Origin: Zygnema circumcarinatum SAG 698-1b
Taxonomy: Eukaryota; Plantae; Zygnematophyceae
Assembly: GCA_037447605.1 (NCBI GenBank)
Contig: CM074820.1
Location: forward strand, 1,736,001-1,800,000
DNA: 64,000 nt
Reading direction: 5' to 3'
Below the pieces are notes generated by a model. That model saw only the letters and a list, made by a program, of their open reading frames with translations, was not told where the DNA came from and ran no database searches. Below, in pieces: positions 1-12,586 of this stretch. The translations under genes and the position numbers were made by a program. Within the stretch, counting starts at the first letter, position 1; the number at the start of each line of letters is the position of its first letter.

Positions 1-4
1 TGGT

Positions 5-157
5 GTGCTGTTCCGTGGGCCGCCAACGCATGGCGCCGCCTTCTCTCAATCTCCGTTGGCAGCTCCTGGATTCCGTTGATCCATGACACGGAAGATGCAT
101 ACGTCAAGTACAATCGAACTGACGCCAAGCCGTCGAACGCAGCTCCGTTACGCTACA
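5..157 (+). repeat. Dispersed repeat or paralogous fragment, copy 1 (partner at 62025-62177, opposite strand)
   Basis: 153 bp gap-free match to the reverse complement of 62025-62177, about 23 substitutions by manual alignment. One frame reads AVPWAANAWRRLLSISVGSSWIPLIHDTEDAYVKYN versus AVPWAANTWRRLLAFSVGSPWIMPVRDTEEAYVKYN*. Confidence 0.85.
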
Positions 158-870
158 ACGATTTGGACGATAGTACAATGTGTACGGCGACTTCCCATAC
201 GGCTTGACTGTCGTCTATTGATGGGCTGCTTTTGTAGCACGATCCTAAGTCGAATGGGATTGCGCCACGTGGACAATTGTTTGTCTTCTTGCAGTTTCTA
301 TAGCCGTTTCACAGGTGTCGTGCTGTACCGTCCGTACCATTTGTGTACGAAGATCGTTTGTCGCTTTGTGACCTATGTCCTCCTGCAGGCGAGGAGCCCG
401 GTTCTCGAAAGTTCTGAAGGTCAGTCAGTCCGAGCGGCAAGGAGAGTTTGAGTCTTACGCTTTTGATGAAAAAATTAAAAAAAAATTTAGGATTTCAGAA
501 ATTTAGAATTTTCTTCGGATCTGGGTTCCTGAATAAAAACGGCAGTGAGTGGATTTTTTTTATGTAAAATTTTCTTTTCTTTTTTTACTATCAAGTTACA
601 GCTGTTTTAGGGCTTAGTTGTCCTTTTTTCCTTGAACCCTTCCAATGCGGCTTCCGTCCAGTCCCCTTCTTTCCCCCTCCTCTGAACCCTAACTGCCAAC
701 CCCCGTCCTATGACCTGCCGCCGTTTTACAGGTTCCATGCGCGAAATCCGTTAAATCTGACGATTTCCGTTCGCCAAACCGCAAATTTCCGTACTTTCGG
801 CTCCACTCCTGTTTTCCGCATTCACCGTAATTTCTGTAACTTTTTTTTTTTTTGAGCCCGTGTCTAGCGA

Positions 871-2836
<1,966 letters not shown>

Positions 2837-3019
2837 AAATGAAAAATAAAGTAAGGGTATACAAATGTGGGGGGCAAAAAAAAAAAGTTGGGGCCTTCTT
2901 TGGGTCCGAAAAAACTTAAGTTTTTGGGTAAGTAGTTTGGTCTGAAACCCTAGATTAAGTTGGAACCCTCACGTGAAAAAATGAGAAATGTGACCGCTCC
3001 AAAATTAGAACGTCATTTG

Positions 3020-3180
3020 CAGTTTCTAGGGATTTTAGGGTTTTAGGGTTGTTAGTTTTTAGGGTTTTTTAGGGTTCTTTGGAGGTTCTAGGGTTTTAGG
3101 GTTGTTAAGGTTTTAGGGTTTTTGAGGGCTTTAGGGTTTTAGGGTTGTAGGGTTTTTAGGGTTTGTGGGGTTGGGGGTTT
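3020..3180 (+). repeat. Degenerate telomere-like (TTTTAGGG/TTAGGG) tract
   Basis: Repeated TTTTAGGGTT variants just downstream of the MBL gene. Confidence 0.75.
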
Positions 3181-3456
3181 GTGTGGGTGACGTCATCGGG
3201 CCTTCCGGCCGGTCTCGGTTCATTTTAGGAAACAAAATTGAAAGTACGAAACCACGAAAGTTTTTCGTTCGCGAGGGTGAAACCGCGTAGGAAAATATTT
3301 CTTTCGAGGAGATTTTGTCGTTTTTGTCGTCCGTACGATGCCTGCTTCTGGTGTCACGCTGAAGTATTTGGGCCGTCCTTTGCCCTTTGTTATTAGGGCC
3401 ACGTGGAGGCGGGCTTTGGAGAAATTAAAGAACATGAATGTGGGAATCTATTATTT

Positions 3457-3565
3457 ACACATCTTGTTTTGGCTAGATACACGCCTTTTTGGTTAAATAA
3501 AAACCCTCAAAACCCTAAAATCTGACCGGCAAAAAAAGGTGTGTATCTAGCCAAAGAAGGTGTGT
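3457..3565. repeat. Short inverted repeat / hairpin (mini-MITE-like)
   Basis: TTGGCTAGATACACGCCTTTTT (3469-3490) matches the reverse complement of AAAAAGGTGTGTATCTAGCCAA at 21/22; arms extend imperfectly to ACACATCTT / AAGGTGTGT. Confidence 0.7.
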
Positions 3566-4265
3566 TTATAGCTTCCTAGTAAATTTTAGTTCTCCTCTCC
3601 TCGCGGCAGAGTGAAAGACAGTGGAGGGAAAAAAGCACTATGCACTGGAAAAGTAGAGGTAGGAAAATGGCATTGAACTCACCAAAAATAGGAAAAAAAA
3701 GTCGCATTTTAGGATTGTATGCGATTGAGTGAGAACTAACAGGAGGCAGAGTTTCTGTATCTGTAGCGGTGTCGGTGACGGCACTCTATTGGAAACGACA
3801 TTGCATTCGAAAAAATATTTTGTATCTTTGGCGATACTCTATCGCTTACGATACTGCATCAGAAAAGATACGTTATCGTCAACGATACTGTATCGGTTAA
3901 AAGTGGCAGTGGTGATCAACCGTTAAACCCCCAGGTTTGCAGCCATTAATTCCATTGGTTGATCCAGAGGACGATATTATACGCACTACGGTATGTACTG
4001 TGGGCTGTACCTGTTACATGGAGGGGCTTGTGCCAGGATGGTAAGAGAAAATTACATAAGTAAAACAAAAAAAAACAGCATAAGACGAAACAAAAAAACA
4101 ACATAAGTTAAACATAAACAACATAAGTTCACAACAGAATGCTAACTAATTTGTTGTCACTACAGACCCACTACTAGGATAATGTAGGTCTATTGACCCC
4201 ATAGAGAGGTCTCCCCTAAGAAATCACAGGCCATGGTTTGCGACTGAAAATCTGGAATTATTGGC

Positions 4266-4441
4266 CAGTGGCGGATGCAGGACTTTAGCTCGGGAAGGGG
4301 GGGCTGAAGCCTATTTTGAGGGGAGGCTAAGACCTCGTTCAGCATAAAATACATAAGATTAACATAAAAAAAAATGATGAAATTTTCAAAATTTCAGGGG
4401 GGACTTTAGCCCCCAAACTCGTATATGTAGGCCCGCCCCTG
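4266..4441. mobile_element. 176 bp hAT-like (or Harbinger-like) MITE
   Basis: Ends CAGTGGCGGA ... CCCGCCCCTG (8/10 inverted match), internal GGGGGCT/AGCCCCC motifs, AT-rich core. The 8 bp flanks TTATTGGC and CCTTTGGC share their last 5 bases, like an eroded 8 bp target-site duplication. Confidence 0.65.
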
Positions 4442-5310
4442 CCTTTGGCTGCCCTCTTGAGTGCTGGCAAACAGCTGGTAGGTGGAGTCGTCTGCTATAA
4501 GGGATTGAATAGAACCAATGGAAGCCCCCACTGTAATGACAGCGAAGACTATGACCAGCAGCAAATGGAACACGATAGAAGGGAAGCTCAGCTTGCCCCT
4601 GTTCACCTGCACATTGAGGCAGCCACCATCTCTCAGGGAAGTGAGAATCAGTCAATGTAAGGAGCGGAGTATATCCCCATGAGAGTTCAAAAGTGAAGTT
4701 CATTGAACCTAAAAAAAAAACAACAAACCGCTGATACAAGGCCCCTCTGACAAGCAAAATAAGATAAGCCTGCAGAAGGAGGTCTAAAACCCAAAAAACC
4801 CTAAGAACCCTAAAAAAGGTTGTGCTGACTTCACGTCCCCTATCTACGGCAAAAGTTGACCACTGCAGAGAATGATTCAAGAGGGAAAGGCACTCACTCG
4901 GAGATGAAGCAAAAAAGTGAGGACAAAGTTGAGCGGCAAACAGCTAAGGGCACCGGCAAGGGCCACAAAGCCCCCAAAGAAAGGGAACATTGCTGCCAAA
5001 AAGGCCATGGACAAAATCATCGGCACTCGATACATGGTCCGAACGGCAACATTGTATGGCGACCACACTCCGACGGTCTTGTCACTGATTCTATTGTCGA
5101 TAGCTTCAAATACAGGGGTCATGTAGAGCTGCAAAGAGCATTAAGGCATTGAGCAGTAAGTCCAAGTCCAAGTCACCACTTATGTTGGACTGCGTAACGA
5201 GGCAGTAGTTTCTGTTCAGACGAACAGTTATACGTGCAGAGATCATGCATGCATAAACACGCCTTTGCTTTCTTTCTTTCCCTCTCTGTCTCTCTATTTC
5301 TCTCTCTCTC

Positions 5311-5346
<36 letters not shown>

Positions 5347-6252
5347 CCTCTCCCTCTCCCTCTCTCTCTCCCCCTTCCTCTCCCTCTCCCTCTCCCTCTC
5401 CCTCTCCCTCTCCCTCTCCCCCTCNNNNNNNNNNCCCCTCCCCCTCCCTCTCCCTCCCTCTCTTGCTGCCCTAATCCTTCATTCCGACCAGAAGAAGCAA
5501 AGGGACGACATATGCTGCCTCCTTCCTTGGTGTGCACCTGAAAGCATGCACACCCTTGTGTGAATATCCCCAGCCAGGCTAACGCCACCATCCAGGGCGG
5601 GCCAATGAGGCTCGACGTTATGTCACTCGCCACGGCTGTGCCATAAGCCCAAAACCCAACCAGCAATACCGCCAAGAGGATGGGTAGCCCCACAGCGTAG
5701 GGCAGGACCATAGCTCTATAGAAGCCCTCTACAGGGTCGTTCTCAATGGTGGCCTGCATGCAAGTAATCATGAAAAAAAGTTGATGAAGTTGTTGAAGTT
5801 GTTGAAGTTGATGTTGTTTCATAACGCATTAGGGTTCTCATGAATTAGCATTATCTTTCCATCATCTTTATTTTTTTTTTCATGAATTAGCATTCGTTTT
5901 CCATCAGCAAAAGGGAGAGGAGTTTTCATGGGAAGAGGAAGAATAGGAGTAGCATTAGATCAAGAAAGGGCATCAAAGATAAAAACAAGTGTCGATAGTA
6001 AAACAGTAGATAAAGGACACTTTGCGAGAATCTTTTTTACCTTCGCACTTTTCAGTTCTATTGGCGGCACCAATGGGAGGAGGAAAAGCAGGAATATGCC
6101 TTCCTATGACCAAGATATATTGTCCTTGCTCACACCTCAAAAAGGCACACGAGCAGACTGATGCATTTCCAAAGAAATGAGTAAAAGCCTGTTTGCGCTC
6201 TGCTAACAAGCGCTGTAAACCCTAATCGAATTGACCTGCTCTTAGAAGACCC

Positions 6253-6299
<47 letters not shown>

Positions 6300-8012
6300 C
6301 CTGACAGAAATGAGGGGGTACATAATTGCGGCACAAACCTGAATTTCGGGAAGAAGAACTGGGTTGTATATTAAAGCGATTGCGGCCACAGCGACGAAAC
6401 TTTGCAGCAGAATTACAGGAGGGGAAATATCCTCGTGGTAGGTCCGGGGGGATGCTGAAATGCCTGACCAAACCCAAAAAAAAAATGAAAGACAAAAAAA
6501 AAAAAATGAAAAAAAGAAATGTGGGACAGAGTAATATGAGGCAGAGCAGCATGTTCAGGGTTCAGGGAAGGAGAGGGAGAGGGAGGAGAGAGGAAGAGGA
6601 GGAGGGAGGGTTCAGGAAGCATCGAGCTCGCACTGCATCCCTCGTGGTTTTAAGGAGGGATAAAGAAGGGAAAGGTCAAGAAGCATTGCCATGACTAAAA
6701 GTCCCCACATGGCCATGCATTTCGCATATACGTATATATATATATATATATATATATACTTTCCCTATTTCGTATTTTCCTATGGCTCCCTTGGTGGAGG
6801 CAGGGCAGTTTCATACCATTGTTGATGGTAATACCGATGATTATTGTGAAGTAGACTGCAGCACATATTGAAGTGATGATGGAGACTAATCTCAAGTTAT
6901 GCATATCTGGGGTTGCGACTGAAAGGATCGAAAGGACAATGCCGGTGACAAATATGTACTCCGTAATTCCTGTGTTGTTTGAAGATCCAAAACCCCATTC
7001 ACAAAACCCCTGCAAAACCCCTCCTGCATCTCTATCAGTCCTGCTGCAGCTGAAAGCAGAAACGGGTTGAGGTAAAAACCCTAAAAACCCTAAAGACGGC
7101 AAATTGTGAGCTGACATGTCTGTTTGTTTTGGGAGGTTTTTAGGGCTTTTAGGGTTTTAGAATGAACTGCACCTGAAGGGCCTGTCCATTTATGATCACT
7201 CCTGCCACGTTGCTTGTGAATATGTTGACCCATTGCAGGGTCAGCGTTGACCAGTAGCCAATGGACCCTGCACATTACCAGATTCCACTACAGCTATATA
7301 AGAATCTCAAACATGCAGACATCATTTTTCTTTTTGCAGCACTGAAAATAGCAAAGAATACAGACTGATACAGTAGACGAGAAGGAGCTGTAAGTATTGA
7401 AGGGGATTTTCAAAGTAGTAGGACTCTTGTACATGTAAAAGTGATTTGCAGTTGCTTATGTTTCTAGAGGCAAGAACATTTTGCCTGTAGCTGACAACAT
7501 CAGCAGCTTGGTCCCAAATAATTAATTAATCAATTTAATTCCTATAGAAATTTGGATCTGCGTGGACATCCCTAAACCCCTTTGTCCTGATCATCACAAT
7601 AATCGAAGAACAGGAGAGGAAATTAAATAGAGTCTCAGAGGCAAAACCCACCAAAAACCTTTCCTGAAATATCCCGAAAACGGTAGTATCGAATGTTATC
7701 GATGACATTCAGACGGGCTAGGAGCACATTGGAATAGATTGAAACCACAACGACAAGTGCCACTACAATAGTCGCACGTGTCCAGCCAAGGACGGGCATA
7801 ATGAGGGCTGGGTAGGCGAGGAGGAAGGGAGTGACGATTGCTGTCGTCAGCTGGAATCCCACTTCCCAGGGCTTGCCTGCACGTGAAGGCAAGGTGGGAA
7901 ACTTGAGAGTGAATGGAGAGAGAGAGAGAGAGGGAGAGGGAGAGGGAGAAGGAGAGGGAGNNNNNNNNNNGAGAGGGAGAGGGAGAGGGAGAGGGAGAGG
8001 GAGAGAGAGAGA

Positions 8013-8046
<34 letters not shown>

Positions 8047-8642
8047 CTCATACACCATTTGCACTGCACCCCTTAGGATGAGAAGGAGTGGTAGGGAAGA
8101 GATGGGTCAGGGACGTACTTTCGGCCATAACATGTACAGACACTCCTTCAGAGCTGTAACTCCGCTGCTTATATTGTTTCGACTCCAAGTCAACTGCAGA
8201 CAAAAAAATGGGAGCAGATAAGACTGTTAAATCTCCTCTTTAGAGTACAATCCTTCTGTTTAAGCCTGCATCCAATCAGCAGGTACAGCGGGGAAAAAAC
8301 CTCAAGCTGCTCATCTAATGTAGTCACAAGTTTAAGGTCCTGAATTCTACTGTACCTATCTACTTTAGCTCATCATGGATTAATAGCTGAGCGTGAATGT
8401 TACAACCTTGGAAAGATTTGCTGCTTGATGCTCCAAGAAGATTTTGTATCCTTTGAGCTTGAGTGCTTTGAGAGTTATTGAAAGAAGGCTGTTCGTTCTA
8501 TAGGCCAATGAGCATACAACTAAATTTTAGAGTTTTTTAGCAAAAGAAAACAAACTCCTATGTTCAGGTTAGGTGAAGTATTTGGAGCATTTTCGGTGTA
8601 CAGCTGCCACTCACCATCCTTGGAAATTGGCTCCACTTCCAT
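4406..8642 (-). CDS. Amino acid/auxin permease family transporter, ProT/GAT-like; 5' exons uncertain
   Basis: In-frame exons 7876-7652 (GKPWEVGFQLTTAIV..LGW..RYYRFRDISG), 7267-7173, 7009-6817, 6463-6339 (LLPEIQ), 5753-5538 (ATI..GFWAYG), 5128-4898 (FPFFGGFVALAGA) and 4606-4406. Layout matches plant proline transporters. Small candidate 5' exons lie between about 8040 and 8642. Confidence 0.85.
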
Positions 8643-9955
8643 GTCTGGGGTTTAAGGATGTCTGGGGTTTAAGGAGAAACCTACACCACGCCAGCACGTT
8701 GAAAACTTAGGGAGGGAGGGAGGGAGGTAGGGAGGGAGGGAGGGAGAGGAGGGAGAGAAAGGGAGAGAGAGAAAGAGTGAGAGAGGAAAAGAAAAATGCA
8801 AAGAAAGCGGTCATAACTTTAAAGTCATTCGCCAAAACGCTGGACAAGGAGAAGCAACAATATTGCCTAACACTGGAAACTTCAAGATGCTTTTCAAGAC
8901 TTCAATATCATTGTGCCAGTCACTTCAATAGTCTATACTTCAGAGATTCAGTCAATGAAACTCAAAAGTGTTCGTTCCCACCGCGACAGAAGTAGACAGC
9001 TCTAATATCCTCAGGGAGGGCTTGCTCATTGGCACACGTAAAGTAACCAAATGGCATGGAATTCCAAATGAATGCGCTGCATACAGGTTCCTGACTGCAC
9101 AAATACTCTCAGAACTCAATTGTTTCCATGCCAAGGGACTTCATAAGACTGGTCATTCCGTCCGTATTTCCTAAATTCTTATCAATGTCATGATGCTCTC
9201 TTGTCACTCGGCCATAGCGCTCCTTACAGCTATTTTCAGGACGTCTCTATGCTTGCATAGATTACGTGATCCAAATCACCCTCGCCTCGCTCGCCTCGGC
9301 ATTGCCTCCATTCGTCCTTCACCCGCTTGATTCCAAAATCTCCTCAAACTTCTAACTCCATCATCATGTTCAACTTCCAGCTCCTTCACTGCATTTCCCA
9401 GACAAATACGACGCAGACTTTAAGCTTCTAAACAGCCTGAACTCAAATACTTTTCTCCAACAGACCCTCACACCGGCCAGTATCCACAATACTGCCTGCG
9501 AGCCCAACCGCTTGCAGCAATCCCCTGCTTCAGCCGCTACCAGTACAAGCCCTGCTTCCCCAACCCCCCTCTCTATCTGCAGCCTGAACCCCCCTCCCCC
9601 CCCCTGCCCCCTGCCCCCCTGCAGGCCGCCATGGCTTGGCCCAGGCCCTCCCTGCAGGCGCGGTTCCGTACGGCACTCGGGTCCATTATTGGACGCGCCT
9701 GCGCGCGCGGGCGTGCATAAACCGCCAAATTTGACGACGTGGCGTCCAAGTGTCGCCCACGTGACGCCACGTGGCACCCACCTGACGACCGTGGGCGCGC
9801 GAGATGGGGAGGGTTCGACCAATCGCGATCGCGTGTTCCAGTGAAGGGGTGTCACGTGGCTGCTGTGGATTGGCGGGGATTGCCACGGTGGAACCAGCGA
9901 TTTTCTATTGATTGAAATTATATTTTACACTTATATCTAGACGCAAGAAATTTCG

Positions 9956-10076
9956 TGTTGCGATCATACTTAGGCTACTTCGCCGGATCTCATCAGAATA
10001 CCGCAGCTAGGCGCCCGCGGGCCGGAATAGTACTGGGATGGGTGACAACCTCCCCGGACGTTTCGGTGTCGCGCCC
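9956..10076 (+). rRNA. 5S rRNA: Solitary diverged 5S rRNA gene or pseudogene
   Basis: TGCGATCATAC..GGCTACT..CCGGATCTCATCAGAA..CCGCAGCTAGGCGCCC..GGGCCGGAATAGTACTGGGATGGGTGAC..GGTGTCGC aligns along the whole plant/bryophyte-type 5S. Box C intact, TATA-like TTATAT about 25 bp upstream, TTTT at 10083. Confidence 0.85.
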
Positions 10077-10481
10077 ACCAACTTTTCTACTTCCAGTACC
10101 AATTTGTGTTTTGTGCTTTTTCGCAGCGTTCACTTTCAGCGCATTGAACTGAAATTTGTTTGCCAACAAATTTGGCACACAGTTGGCTCACACTCCGTAC
10201 AGACATTGAGCACAACAACGCTCGAGGTTCAATCGATGGTTATGTAAACCAATTATAATTATTTTCTATAGATGTTTGTTTAGACTTGTGTGAACATCCC
10301 TGCACAGACCGACATAATTTTAGGCTTTGTCAGCGCTTCAGAGGCCCTTTGGCTGCTGCTTGAGCTTGGCCGTTATTCACTCAAAGAATGAGTTCACCAT
10401 GTTTCATGTGGCAGTTACCGTGTTACCTGTAAAGCATAGAAACCCTAAATACCTGTGACCTGCGAAGGAAAGATCGGACCG

Positions 10482-10613
10482 TTGCCATCTATAGAAGTGT
10501 GCGCATAACGAAAGTTATCCACACCACTGAGCTCTCACTCCACATAGTTGCCATGTATAGAGGTGTGCGCATAACGAAAGTTATCCGCACCACTGAGCTC
10601 TCACTCCACACAC
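10482..10613. repeat. Tandem duplication, 2 x 66 bp
   Basis: TTGCCATCTATAGAAGTGTGCGCATAACGAAAGTTATCCACACCACTGAGCTCTCACTCCACA recurs at 10482 and 10548 with 3 substitutions. Confidence 0.9.
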
Positions 10614-10771
10614 CTCCTATCAAAAAGTTGCCATTCATGTGCACACCACACACCTTAACTTCCAAAATAGGCTTTTTTTGTTTTTGTTTTTTTCAGAAAG
10701 ATAAGTACCTTCTTGCTTTATAAAAATGCCAAAAAAAAAAAATCTCCGCCTCTAAGAATAGCCCAAAAATC

Positions 10772-12541
10772 TCAATATATCGGCACCTTGATCTCAAAAA
10801 CCCTTTGCGAGGGTCCCTCCTCGCGCGCGGTAACCCCTATCCGTACGTGCAGGCGCTGAACCCTAACTACCCCCCCCCTAGCCCCCCTAGGCCCCCCCAT
10901 AGGCCCCCCCCCTGAACCCTCCTCCCCCCGCCGCCCGGCGGCCGCGTTCACACCGGAAAGTGGTGGGGCCCACACGAGGCCGTCGACGGCCGGGGACAAA
11001 ACCAGACCGTTCACATCATCGTCGAGATATATCGCGGCATCGAGAATGGCCTGCCCCATTTGTACCCATCATGTAGAGCCCATTTAGACCCCATTTAGGG
11101 CCAGTTATGGGCCCCATTTAGACCCCATTTAGAACCCATTTAGGGCCAATTATGGGCCCCATTAGACCCCATCTAGTCGCTATCCAACGCCGTTTTAGCT
11201 CGATTTAGACCCCATTTAGACCCCATTTAGACCCCATTTAGATCCACCCTTATTAAGTTGCATTTGCACTCCCCCACCCCTTTATAACCAGGTTCATACC
11301 CACCATTAAGGCTGCATTTGCAACCACCACGTATACCCCATTTGTACCCAAAATTGAACCCCACTCATGCCCAACATGTTCCTCCAGTCAACCCTTCCAA
11401 TCAATGCCTTTCAATCTATTTTTCGAACACTAAATATATATATATATATTTTTCATTTGATAATTTAAAACAAAAAAAAAAAAATCGAAGAAATGAAGCC
11501 GCTCACCTCCCCTGTGCCCAAACCGACTTCGAGCAAAAAACTGATCGGCAGTCCCAACGGATTCCGTGGAACGGGCTCCAGTTCCATGTCCTCTGTTGAA
11601 ATCTCCTGGCCGTCCACCTGGCTCTGTTGCAGCGCCTCCTCCCTGGCAAGCGCCGCCTTCTGATTGGTCGGAAGACCCTCCGCCCAACCAGAGACCTCCA
11701 GCTGTTCGATGAACTCCTGCCCCCACGACACCTGTCCCACAAAACGACAAAAAAAAAAAGAAATCCGGCTATCAAAAAAAAAAAACACAGAAACAAAGAC
11801 GACAAAAAAAGGAGCTCCGGTTCAGAGTTACTTCTTTTCATTTTGTTACTGTTTTGTTTTGTTTTATTTATTTTTTTTATTTTTTTTTGAGTTTGGGCTT
11901 TTACCTTGTGCTGCAAAAATTGACCATTCATAGCGGAGAGCTCCACGCAGCAGCCTCTCGTGTGCTGCCACGTGGCACCCTCCTCCACGGGAGTCGCCAG
12001 CTGGACACCTTCCGGAAGCTCCACGTGGAACTGTAACAGAACTCGGCCTGCATGGAACGGCTCGGTCGCAAATCGACCAATCAGAAAGAAGCATAACGTA
12101 CCGGAGGAAAAAAAAAAAATTCAAAAAAGTTATTTCAATTTTAGAAGTTTCAATTTTCTTTTCGTCTCCTTGTCTAATTTTTCTTTTGTTTTTTGCTTAA
12201 CTTATTACTGTATGTTGTGATTTCGAATAATTTAATTATTTTATCACTTACCGGGGCGAACTGTCACATGTAACTGCTGTTCCGTACATGATGTCGGAAC
12301 ATCCGCAACATCACTTTCCGTCTGTTCTTTAGTTCCTCTGTTACATACGAAGCAGGATACGACAAAAAAAGTCAGAGCCAGATCCTCTCCATGTCCTCCG
12401 TTCCGTTTGGCAGAACTGAAAGGAAAACTGAACAAAGAGTATCGGTACAAGATGCATAAAAATGTTCATTTGAAACATTATATATCTCAATGGGAAAGGA
12501 AACTGAAACAAAGTTGAAGAGAGAGGGAGAGAGAGAGAGAG

Positions 12542-12586
<45 letters not shown>

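Noticed and set aside
9370-9886. GC-rich ORFs upstream of the permease
   Set aside because: No family similarity; the region is rich in G-box and CCAAT motifs and looks like promoter or 5' UTR.
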